Below, one piece after another: positions 38,548 through 47,800 of a stretch of 64,000 nt of DNA. Made by a program: the position numbers and the translations under genes. The first letter of the stretch is position 1. The number at the start of each line of letters is the position of its first letter. Under the pieces are notes generated by a model. That model saw only the letters and a program-made list of their open reading frames with translations, did not search any database and was not told the DNA's origin. The stretch is taken from NCBI GenBank assembly GCA_015233405.1, contig JADFXT010000009.1, positions 10,446 to 74,445 on the forward strand, written 5' to 3'. This DNA comes from Candidatus Omnitrophota bacterium. GTDB lineage: Bacteria; Omnitrophota; Gorgyraeia; Zapsychrales; Zapsychraceae.

Positions 38548-38593
38548 CGCAAAGTCGCATGGCATGGCTCATGTGGCTTTGCGGTTTTTGTTT
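38548..38593 (+). terminator. Rho-independent terminator after ilvC
   Basis: The stem CCGCAAAG (38548-38555) pairs with CTTTGCGG (38577-38584) and is followed by TTTTTGTTT. Confidence 0.65.
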
Positions 38594-38737
38594 AGTTTTC
38601 CGCTAAATTTTTTTCTTAGAGAGAACTAAAAATCCCAGGTGAGCTTTTGCGAGCCGCGGGATTTCCTCAGAGAGCTTTAAAATGTTTTCCAGAAGGGACT
38701 AAAAATCCCAGAAGTGAATGTCATCATTAATTAAATC

Positions 38738-39367
38738 ATGAATCAATCTTTGTTAAAATTAAATTTAGGCTGCGGGACCAATAAACTCGATGGATGGGTT
38801 AATATCGACGCTGTTAAAGACTGTAACCCCGACCTGGTCCATGATATTAGCCAGCCGCTGCCATATCAAGACGGCACGGTCGATGAAATCCTGGCCATTG
38901 ATCTCTTGGAGCATTTTGATAAATATATGCGCTATGGTGTGTTTTACGAATGGGTGAGGGTCTTAAAGGTCGGCGGAAAAATCCATTTGCAGGTGCCGAA
39001 TTTTCCTAAAATTGTCTGGCGGTATTTTAAACTGGATTTTGAAAGTTTTCTGGATTTTGTTTTTGGCGAGCCGCTCTGGAATGGGGAGGTTTACTTAGGC
39101 GCCTTCGGCAGCCACAAGTGGGGATATTCAAAAAAGTCTTTGCACAATTTTGCAAAACTATTTAGAATTAAACCATTAGTCCTTGAAACTAAAGGGCTTA
39201 ACATCGATTTTATCGGAGAGAAAGAATCGCATCTAGGGGCGGAAGCCCTCGATGAAATCAAAATATTTTCTTTTCCGAATGTCGGAATTGGTAAAAGCTA
39301 CGCAAGTTTAAAGACTGTTAAGGATAGGATAAAAACTTTTCAACAAAGAGAAAGTCATAAAATATAG
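38738..39367 (+). CDS. Class I SAM-dependent methyltransferase
   Basis: LNLGCGTNKLDGWVNID (motif I), VDEILAIDLLEHF (motif II) and LKVGGKIHLQVPN (motif III) are present. Confidence 0.7.
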   Translation: MNQSLLKLNLGCGTNKLDGWVNIDAVKDCNPDLVHDISQPLPYQDGTVDEILAIDLLEHFDKYMRYGVFYEWVRVLKVGGKIHLQVPNFPKIVWRYFKLDFESFLDFVFGEPLWNGEVYLGAFGSHKWGYSKKSLHNFAKLFRIKPLVLETKGLNIDFIGEKESHLGAEALDEIKIFSFPNVGIGKSYASLKTVKDRIKTFQQRESHKI

Positions 39368-39375
39368 GTGAAGAA

Positions 39376-40896
39376 ATGAAAACTGAAGATAAAGTTCTGA
39401 TTTTTGATACAACGCTGCGCGACGGGGAACAAGCGCCCGGCGCGAGCATGAATGAGAAAGAAAAATTGGAAATAGCATCTGCCTTGGAGCGCATGGGTGT
39501 CGATATTATCGAGGCCGGGTTTCCCGTTATTTCCGATGGAGACTTTAATGCAGTCAAGGCCGTGGCGAAAGCGGTCAAGAATTCCACGGTCTGCGGCTTA
39601 GCCCGTGCGATCAAGAAAGACATCGATGCCGCGCATCTGTCGTTAAAGAATGCTAAGAAGGCGCGCATTCATGTGTTTCTGGCGACATCCAAGATCCATA
39701 TGCAGTATAAATTACGGAAGACCAAGGAAGAAATTATTCAGATGGCGATCGATGCCGTTAAATACGCACGGAGCAAGATGGAGGACATCGAATTCTCTCC
39801 GGAAGACGCCTCCCGAAGCGAAAGGGATTTTTTATATAAAGTCGTCGAGGAGGCCATCAAAGCCGGGGCGAGAACGGTCAATATTCCTGACACCGTCGGG
39901 TACAGTATGCCCGAGCAATATGGTGATTTGATCGCACAAATTAAAAATAATGTCCCGAACATCAATAAAACGGTCATTTCCGTCCATTGCCATAATGATT
40001 TGGGTTTGGCCGTTGCCAATTCTTTATCGGCCATCAAAAATGGCGCGCGTCAGGTCGAATGTACCATCAATGGCGTCGGCGAACGTGCGGGAAATGCGTC
40101 CATGGAAGAGATCGTCATGGCGTTAAAGACCCGGCCGGATTTCTTCGGATGCTCGACGGGAATTGTGACGAAAGAACTGTGCCGCGCATCGCGCTTAGTC
40201 AGTAAGTTTACCGGATTTGTGGTCGCGCCTAATAAAGCCATCGTCGGGCATAATGCGTTTCGCCACGAGTCCGGCATTCATCAAGACGGTGTATTAAAAG
40301 AACCGACCACGTATGAAATCATCCGTCCTGAAGATGTGGGCTTTATGGAAACAGGGTTGGTCTTAGGAAAACATTCCGGCCGTCATGCGTTTAAACAGCG
40401 TCTGGCCTTATTGGGTATCACTTTAAGCGACGAGGAATTGGACAAGGCGTTTGTCCGGTTTAAGAGCGTGGCCGATAAAAAGAAGCAGGTTTTCGACGAG
40501 GATTTGCAGGCGATTGTCGAAGATGAAACTAAGGTTTTCCAGAAGGCTTGGAGCTTGGAAAGCCTGGAATCCAAAAGCGGGACGCATATCAACCCCGACG
40601 TGCGGGTTGCATTGAAATATAAAGGGAAGCTCAAAGTCAAGAACTCGACCGGCGACGGTCCGATTGACGCGTGTTACAAGGCCATTGATGATATTACGAA
40701 AATCAAAGGCGAATTGCTGGATTATTCCATTCAGTCCGTCACACAAGGCAAAGATGCCTTAGGTGAGGTCACGGTTAAAGTGCGCATGAAAGGCAAAGTG
40801 ATCATCGCCCACGGCACGAGTACGGATATTTTGGAGGCGTCGGCCAAGGCATATTTAAACGCGGTGAATAAAGTTTTGTCAGGTTTAAAAGAATAA
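39376..40896 (+). CDS. leuA: 2-isopropylmalate synthase (citramalate synthase not excluded)
   Basis: IFDTTLRDGEQAPG, HCHNDLGLAVANSL, the GERAGNA context INGVGERAGNAS, and a C-terminal LeuA-dimer-like domain are present. Confidence 0.8.
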   Translation: MKTEDKVLIFDTTLRDGEQAPGASMNEKEKLEIASALERMGVDIIEAGFPVISDGDFNAVKAVAKAVKNSTVCGLARAIKKDIDAAHLSLKNAKKARIHVFLATSKIHMQYKLRKTKEEIIQMAIDAVKYARSKMEDIEFSPEDASRSERDFLYKVVEEAIKAGARTVNIPDTVGYSMPEQYGDLIAQIKNNVPNINKTVISVHCHNDLGLAVANSLSAIKNGARQVECTINGVGERAGNASMEEIVMALKTRPDFFGCSTGIVTKELCRASRLVSKFTGFVVAPNKAIVGHNAFRHESGIHQDGVLKEPTTYEIIRPEDVGFMETGLVLGKHSGRHAFKQRLALLGITLSDEELDKAFVRFKSVADKKKQVFDEDLQAIVEDETKVFQKAWSLESLESKSGTHINPDVRVALKYKGKLKVKNSTGDGPIDACYKAIDDITKIKGELLDYSIQSVTQGKDALGEVTVKVRMKGKVIIAHGTSTDILEASAKAYLNAVNKVLSGLKE

Positions 40897-40904
40897 GTTT
40901 AAAT

Positions 40905-41045
40905 ACGAAATTTGAATATCGAAATACAAAACAAATTCGAAATATTAAAAAACAATAATTCTTGAAATTTTGGTTTTGTTTCGTATTTCGTGTTTTGAAT
41001 TTAAGATGATTGTTTCGGATTTTGGTATTCGTGTTTCGGATTTTT
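40905..41045. repeat. Low-complexity imperfect palindrome built from CGAAATAC/GTATTTCG and GTTTCGGATTTT units
   Basis: The left arm ...ATCGAAATACAAAACAAA... faces the right arm ...TTTGTTTCGTATTTCGTG... This is followed by the direct repeat GTTTCGGATTTT x2. The region lies between leuA and aroE. Confidence 0.5.
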
Positions 41046-41055
41046 TAACAAATAA

Positions 41056-41937
41056 ATGGAAAAATTATCCATGTCTAAGCGAAAATCCATTTACGGTCTC
41101 GTCGGTTATCCGGTCGAGCATAGCCTGTCGCCTTTGATGCATAATACGGCATTTAAGGAATTAGGCGTTCATGCCGTTTACGAACTTTTTCCATTGAAGG
41201 AAAATGCGTTGGATGTTTTCTTTGAGGACATCAAGGAAAAGGAAAGCCCGATTTTTGGTCTCAACGTGACGGTCCCTTATAAGGAAAAAGCCTTGAAATA
41301 TCTGGATACGAAATCTCCTTTTGCCGAGAAGGTAGGGGCTATTAACACCATTGTTATTTCTGAAGATAGAAAATTGACAGGCTATAATACCGACGGGCCG
41401 GGATTTTTGGCGCACTTGACGGAACTTAAGTTTAATCCGGCTCAAAAAAGAGTTTCTTTGTTAGGCGCCGGCGGGGCCGCCCGTGCGGTGGTGAGCGTCT
41501 TATGCCTCATCCCCGAGCAGCCTTCGGTGATCAAGATCTTTGATATGGACAAGCAGAAGGCCCATAACCTCGTCGAAGATTTGAGCCGGCGGATGGATAC
41601 GAGGCTTATTAAAATAGTCAATAACATCAGTGAGCTTGACATTGCTTCGGCGGACCTTGTGATTAATGCCACACCGGTTGGGCTCAAAGAATCCGATCCT
41701 TGTCTCGTCGATGAAAACCTGTTCCATAACAATATGCTGGTCTATGACCTGATCTATAATCCAGCCGAGACCAAACTTCTTAAAGGCGCCGTTACTAAAG
41801 GGGCTAAGGTCTCTAACGGCTTAGGTATGCTTTATTATCAAGGCGTTTTAGCTTTTCAACATTGGGCGGGCATGGAAATAACCCAAAAGGTTAAAGATAA
41901 AATGCGTCGTGCCCTCGAGGAAGGACTTAAAAAATGA
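41056..41937 (+). CDS. aroE: Shikimate dehydrogenase
   Basis: YGLVGYPVEHSLSPLMHN, NVTVPYK, NTDGPGF and LGAGGAARAV are present. Confidence 0.9.
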   Translation: MEKLSMSKRKSIYGLVGYPVEHSLSPLMHNTAFKELGVHAVYELFPLKENALDVFFEDIKEKESPIFGLNVTVPYKEKALKYLDTKSPFAEKVGAINTIVISEDRKLTGYNTDGPGFLAHLTELKFNPAQKRVSLLGAGGAARAVVSVLCLIPEQPSVIKIFDMDKQKAHNLVEDLSRRMDTRLIKIVNNISELDIASADLVINATPVGLKESDPCLVDENLFHNNMLVYDLIYNPAETKLLKGAVTKGAKVSNGLGMLYYQGVLAFQHWAGMEITQKVKDKMRRALEEGLKK

Positions 41938-42749
41938 TGGAAATCGTGATTGGGATTTTTATTTTTGTCTTGGGGCTTGTTTTCGGAAGCTTCTTGAATG
42001 TCTGTATCGTCCGTATGCCCAAGGAAGAGTCTGTTGTCTGGCCGGGGTCTCATTGCCCGTCGTGTAAAAAGGCCTTGGCGTGGAATGATAATATTCCTCT
42101 ATTAAGCTATTTGTTCTTGGGCGGGCGGTGCCGGTCCTGCCGTATGACTATCTCGCCGAGATATTTTATTGTTGAACTTTTGACAGGAATTATGTTTGTC
42201 TTGTTTTATTCGTATTTTGGCTTAAATCGGATTTTGATCCCGTATTTAACCATGGTCTGCGGCTTTATCATCGCCACATTCGTGGATTTTGAACACCGGA
42301 TTATTCCGGACGAGGTCAGCATCGGAGGGATGTGTGTCGGGCTAATTTTTAGCGCGCTGATGCCGGAGCTTCACGGTGTTTCCGTGACGGGACATCATGT
42401 GTTTCTTGCCCATCTTCATTCATTAGGATTGTCACTGCTCGGCGTCTTGATCGGCGGAGGATGCATTTACGGCATGGGCCTTTTAGGAGATTTCCTTTTT
42501 AAAAAAGAATCCATGGGCGGTGGCGACGTGAAACTCTTAGCCATGGTCGGCGCCTTTTTAGGTTGGCAACAAGCGATCCTCGCGTTTTTTATTGCTCCAT
42601 TTTTCGGGGCGATTTTTGGTATTATTGAAAAAATCCGGACGAAAGATACCACCATTCCTTATGGTCCGTTTCTTGTTCTTGGTTCACTCATCAGTTTATT
42701 TTTCGGCAACCGCATCATCATGATGATTTTAAGAGGATATGGATTATAA
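41934..42749 (+). CDS. pilD: Prepilin peptidase (A24 family), type IV pilin leader peptidase/N-methyltransferase
   Basis: GSFLNVCIVRMP, CPSCKKAL...GRCRSCR (Zn-binding Cys pairs) and GGGDVKLLAMVGAFLGW are present. Overlaps aroE by 4 nt. Confidence 0.85.
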   Translation: MMEIVIGIFIFVLGLVFGSFLNVCIVRMPKEESVVWPGSHCPSCKKALAWNDNIPLLSYLFLGGRCRSCRMTISPRYFIVELLTGIMFVLFYSYFGLNRILIPYLTMVCGFIIATFVDFEHRIIPDEVSIGGMCVGLIFSALMPELHGVSVTGHHVFLAHLHSLGLSLLGVLIGGGCIYGMGLLGDFLFKKESMGGGDVKLLAMVGAFLGWQQAILAFFIAPFFGAIFGIIEKIRTKDTTIPYGPFLVLGSLISLFFGNRIIMMILRGYGL

Positions 42750-42757
42750 AATATTTC

Positions 42758-42875
42758 TGTCATTCCCGGCGATCCCGCCCAAAAGCGGGATGGTAAGCGA
42801 AGGGCGAACCAAGGTGGGAATCCAGGAAATGCTTTTAAGCCCCTGGTTCCCCGACTAAAGCATTCGGGGATGACA
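42758..42875. repeat. MITE/REP-like palindromic element, copy 2 (carries a nested extra hairpin)
   Basis: TGTCATTCCCG[GCGATCCCGCCCAAAAGCGGGATGG...]GTGGGAATCCAGG ... CCTGGTTCCCCGACTAAAGCATTCGGGGATGACA. The minus-strand track ORF 42659-42895 is read through this element. Confidence 0.8.
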
Positions 42876-42955
42876 AAAAATAATATCTGGAACAAACGTT
42901 TGTGTTGATAGATGGCATCTCATTTGAACAAACATGCTATCGGAAAATTTGTCGC

Positions 42956-44434
42956 ATGAAAAAGTTTTTCATTATTGTCCTTAATATTCTCCTGGCGTTT
43001 GCGCTTAGTTTTGTCGTCGGGAATCTCACCAACACTTTTCAATTACACAAAAATTGGGAAACCAGTAAGTTAGGTTTGGCCAAGCCAGTCTCGACCTCTA
43101 TTGCTTTTATGGCCAGGCGCCCGGCGTTGGCGCACGGGGTCTTAAATCTCGGCGCCTGGAATGGGTATAATGAAGTTTATTATCGTAAGCCCATTTTGGT
43201 CCGGGAAATCAATTTCCGCGCATTTTTTCCGCTCGACAGTTTTCTGGCCATAAGTTTTAATCGAAATGATGAAAAGTCAGAAGGTGTTCTCATCGGATCA
43301 TCCTATCTGTATCGAAATTGCTATTTTAAAGCCAAGCCTTCGGGTGAATTTGTTAGTCAGAAGTTTTTAAGCCCATTTCATGTTGAGCCAAACCGTTGGC
43401 GGACGTTTCATCTGGTCTCTGAAAACGGGAAAGTGGTTGTTTATGTCGACGGAAAAAGATGGGTCTATAAACTTCCAACGGATTTTGCGCTTGGGCAGAT
43501 CGCTTTTCGCGGCGGAGAGCATCCGGTTTATATCGATCAGATCGAATTTATTGGCCGCGACGGACACGTAATGGCCCGAGAGAATTTTAAAAATCCTTAT
43601 CTGCCACAGATTTTTCTCATCGCTTTTCTGATTTTCTTTCTCGTCGGTATTTTACTAAAACGGTTCGGAGACGTTTATATTTTATTCCTTCAGGTTTTTC
43701 TTTTAATTGTGCTTATTATCTTTTCTGCCGTCGATTTTTTTGTCGCGTCTAAACGTTATCCCAAGTATGACGATAAAATAAAAGTACAAGAAGAGAATTG
43801 GGTTTTAACTGAAGAAAGGCGCGTTTACGACGAGATCAAGACAGTTATCGCAGCCACTAAACAAGAAAATGAATACCGCATTTTAGTTTTGGGTTCTTCG
43901 CAAACGTGGGGGGCCGGAATCGCAAGACGAGGGGATGAGTTTACGAGCCTTTTGGAAAAAGAACTCAACAGGAAAATCCCGTCAAAGAAGATAACCGTTA
44001 TCAACGCCGGGATCTGCGGCTCAAGTTCCAAACGGCTTTATAAATTGTATGAGGCGGCTTTTATTGATACTAAACCGGATCTGGTCATCATCAATCTTTC
44101 CAACAACGATGACAATTTTGACGAGCAGAAGTTTGTTTTATATTTGACAAGATTTTGCGAGCTCAATCGTAGAAGCGGCATTCGAACTGCCTTTATGTTG
44201 GAACCAAATTCTTTGGAACATCGTTTTTACCTGCCGAACCATCCGATCATGCGTCAAGTGGCTTTACGCTATAACGTGCCGATCCTTGATGCCCAGGCGT
44301 TTCTTGCCGAGCGCCATGAAAATGGATTTCTATGGTGGGACTGGGTCCATATGAGTTCTTTCGGGCATAAACTTATTGCTGAATTTTTGACTGAGGCGAT
44401 TGCAAATAACCATTTTATCCCTTCCTTTTTTTGA
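42956..44434 (+). CDS. Membrane protein with a LamG/DUF1080-like beta-sandwich region and a C-terminal SGNH/GDSL hydrolase domain
   Basis: The start MKKFFIIVLNILL (ATG 42956) is preferred over GTG 42902. SGNH blocks are ILVLGSSQTWG (Ser), INAGICGSS (Gly), INLSNND (Asn) and DWVHMSSFGH (Asp-x-x-His). GQIAFRGGEHPVYIDQIEF is lectin/DUF1080-like. Confidence 0.65.
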   Translation: MKKFFIIVLNILLAFALSFVVGNLTNTFQLHKNWETSKLGLAKPVSTSIAFMARRPALAHGVLNLGAWNGYNEVYYRKPILVREINFRAFFPLDSFLAISFNRNDEKSEGVLIGSSYLYRNCYFKAKPSGEFVSQKFLSPFHVEPNRWRTFHLVSENGKVVVYVDGKRWVYKLPTDFALGQIAFRGGEHPVYIDQIEFIGRDGHVMARENFKNPYLPQIFLIAFLIFFLVGILLKRFGDVYILFLQVFLLIVLIIFSAVDFFVASKRYPKYDDKIKVQEENWVLTEERRVYDEIKTVIAATKQENEYRILVLGSSQTWGAGIARRGDEFTSLLEKELNRKIPSKKITVINAGICGSSSKRLYKLYEAAFIDTKPDLVIINLSNNDDNFDEQKFVLYLTRFCELNRRSGIRTAFMLEPNSLEHRFYLPNHPIMRQVALRYNVPILDAQAFLAERHENGFLWWDWVHMSSFGHKLIAEFLTEAIANNHFIPSFF

Positions 44435-44614
44435 TGGGATTTGCATTATTTTTTATCTTTTTCTTCTGCCTCTAACTCGCCCATATCCTCGTCGCTGTCT
44501 AACTGTTTTTTAATCTCGAAAATACGTAAAATTAGCCCACCTTCCTTGCAAAACGTTAAAAGTATGTTATCTTTTCTACAAGATTTAAGAACCCCCTAAA
44601 AAGGGGTATCCAGC

Positions 44615-44688
44615 CGACCGAGGGCGAAATGCCCGAGGAAGTAGTTGAGCACGACCGAAGACGAAATGTCTGAGGGAGTGGTTGAGCC
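44615..44688 (+). repeat. Tandem 37-nt imperfect repeat (2 units) in the leader of giant gene 3
   Basis: Unit 1 (44615-44651) is CGACCGAGGGCGAAATGCCCGAGGAAGTAGTTGAGCA. Unit 2 (44652-44688) is CGACCGAAGACGAAATGTCTGAGGGAGTGGTTGAGCC. Confidence 0.8.
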
Positions 44689-44800
44689 ATCAGCGAAACC
44701 AACAGCGAAACTATAAAATAAGTTGTTAAACATTTAGAGCTTTCATCTATCGCGCTTTCTAAAATTTTTCCAGCTCAAACCTATTAGGAGAAAAATTAAA

Positions 44801-47800
44801 ATGGAAAACGTTCTACCCAAAAGACAGAAGAATTTCTTCATCAAAATCGTGTCGACAGTCCTGTCGTTCACGTTCGTATTCACAACGGTCATACCGCCGA
44901 GCTATGCACAGGTTATGAACTTGCCGCAGCCGGGCAGTATGGTGGGCTTGACGCCTGCATTTATGCCTACGCTGATCAAAGGACTAAAAGTCCATCCGGA
45001 GAATCCGCTTTTGTTCGATTTTATCCTCGATACCGGTAAATCTGGCATTGGAGTCAACACTCCTGAGTTTAAAGCTGAATCCGAAAAACTTATCAAATAT
45101 TTCCTCGCGTCCATGACGATCAAAGAATCCGACCTTTGGGTTAACTTATCTCCATACGAAAAGAACAGAATCGCGACTGAAGAATTAGGCAAGACTGAAT
45201 TGGGTAAGGATATGCTCGCGCAGGATTACATCTTAAAGCAATTGACCGCGTCTTTAATGTATCCGGAAAAAGAGATCGGGAAAGATTTTTGGAATAAAGT
45301 TTACGCGGAAGCGAAACAGAAATTTGGAACCACTGACATCCCTGTCGATACATTTAACAAAGTCTGGATCGTAGCTGATAAAGCGAAGATTTTCGAACAC
45401 AACGACGCGGCGTATGTTGTTGGAGCGCATTTGAAGGTTATGTTGGAAGAGGACTATGTGGCAGCCAGTAAATCTTCTTCCGGTCATTCCACAATCTCCC
45501 CATTGTCATCCCCGCAATCTTTAAGCGGGGATCCAGCAGTGGATTCCCGCCTTCGCGGGAATGACAGAATTTCTTCTGTTATCCGTCAAATCATCCTCCC
45601 GGCAATCGAAAAAGAAGTCAACGAAGGAAAGAACTTCGCGACGTTAAGACAGATGTTCTATTCGATGATTCTAGCTACTTGGTATAAACAAGCCTTGAAA
45701 GATGCACTTTTAAATCAAGTCTACAGCGACAAAGCCAAGATTGGCGGTGTAACGACTAACGACCCGGCTATTAAAGAGAAGATTTATGCTCAGTATTTGG
45801 AAGCATTCAAGAAGGGCGCGTACAACTATATTAAGGAAGAATACGATCCCGCGACACAGCAAGTAACTCCTAAAAAATATTTCTCCGGCGGTCTTGAGAT
45901 TGGTGTAGGAAAAGTCCTTGCCCGTCAAGCTATTCAAACTCCGGAAACCGATAGTGCTATGGCTCCCAACGGCGATATGGCGATGGTGACGACGAAGGTG
46001 GATAAATCCTCCGAACGCGCGATGACAGCTAAGAAAGATGAGCGTTCCGCTTGGGATATCGCGAGAGATCAAATGGCCGCCTATGGTCTTGACGCCGATA
46101 GTCCTGAGAATAGAAAAGTGGTGAGTATTTTGGGAGATCATTTTAGCGGTTACATGGGTTTTCATCCGCCTCTTCTTAATGATTATAACGGACTGACTCA
46201 ATTAGAATTGTTTAAGGATGTGAAGTTTTTTCCGAAGGCCATCAGTATGGATATCAGTGATCGGGAAGGGATTCAAAAGGAGAGGCAAAGAAGATATGGA
46301 AATGATGCAGGGTTGGATCCTAATATCCAGATCTTGAAGGACTTTCTTCATCGGCTACTGAGCGTAAAGTTGCCGGAGGGGATTGAATCTTTTAAGAATA
46401 AGACGCCAGAGGAGATTCAGGCAAAGATAGTTGATCTTCAGTCGCAAAATCGTATCCCAAAAGAGAGCGCCCAAAGAGGTATTGTTTATCTTAAGAGTCT
46501 TTTGGTTCCAGATCGGGAAGAGATTAGAGCCCTTTGGATAGATGTGCGCTATGCATTCTTAGGTAGGTTTTTTCATGTCGCTAATCCACAATTCGGACAA
46601 AAGAACGCTGCGCCGACGTCCGCTTTTGCTGAAGGCGAGTTTAATAAATTTTTACTGTGGGAATTAAACAGCCGCAATATTAAGCCGCATCAAGTAGCCC
46701 CGCTGTTAGAATTATTAAAAAACATGCTTACTTATAAAAAAACTCCATGGGTCGGATCGCGTGACGGAGATTTGAAGAATGGAGCGGAAGCATATCAGAT
46801 CGTCGACCGCGCGATGGTGACCGAAAATGGCAAGGAAGAAAAACCAGTCATTAATGCCAGAGGTGAAGAAGAATTGACGATTTCTGATCAAACTCGACTC
46901 TTAGAAGAAGAAAATCCGGAGACTGTGACCGGATCGGATGTGACAGAGCTGACCGTTCCTGACAAAGCGATGACAACCAAAGCTGATCGATTGACGGAGC
47001 TCACGATTACTTATCTCGGAGACAGAATTTTCCATAAAAATTCAAATGAGATGGGGCAAGTAGTTGACCTTGCTGAATTGCTTCAAGCTGCAGAAAAAGC
47101 TTTGAGCAAAAAAGGCTACGGTAAATTTGTGACAAAGCCTGCTTTTGGAAGTCGTTATTATCAATTTTGGAGAGGCAAAGACGGTTCAGTTGATTTGATG
47201 GATATCACAACTAATTTACAGCCGACGTTAACAACCTTCGGCCGTGTTGCTTTAGAAACAAATGGCGATAAGGCCATGGTGGGGAATGATAAGGAAAAGA
47301 AACCCGTTCTTAATGCCAGAGGCGAAGTGGAATTGACACCTCCTGGCGAAGATAGCCGTGTTTATTTCGATGCATTGAAAAATGGCGATGGAGTCGTGGA
47401 GTTAACGCCTCCCGGTGAAGATAGTCGCGTTTTGTTAAAGCAGCTGGATGCTAACGTTCAGGGCGGGGATGTGGAAGAATTGACAGCTCCGGATAAAGCC
47501 ATGTTAACGGACTATCGTACGGAAGAGTGGCGTCAAAAAATTCTCAATCAAGTCAAGGGCGCTGTTGAAACCATGGCATCTTTGCTGCCTAAAAATGATT
47601 GGGAAACCCAATATTCTGAAAACACTTTAAACGTTATGTACCGGTCAACGTTGTTGCACCAAACCATGACACTTAAAGTTGAGAATCAAATCCCTGTTTT
47701 ACAATTTTCAAGTATCGGTTACGGTCAAAAAGGAAGCCATAGTTTTAGAGGAATCGATATGCCTTTGGCCATGATCGTTAATAAATCCCAAGGGACCATC

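Noticed and set aside
38625-38711. Possible CRISPR array, based on the direct repeats here and the 37-nt tandem repeat at 44615-44688
   Set aside because: There are only two copies each. At 44615 there are no spacers, the units are too short, and no cas genes are in the window.
44440-44560. Small acidic minus-strand peptide (...IFEIKKQLDSDEDMGELEAEEKDKK*) in the 44435-44800 intergenic region
   Set aside because: No canonical start codon gives a product of reasonable length, and it falls below the 60-aa track threshold. It cannot be supported from sequence alone.
45710-46201. 163-aa minus-strand ORF inside giant gene 3, plus many other antisense or overlapping ORFs of 60-130 aa within the three giant genes and the 1,090-aa gene (for example 3684-4064, 18284-18679, 18655-19059, 8897-9247)
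   Set aside because: They are nested in long, well-supported + strand ORFs. Their compositions look like frame-shadow products.
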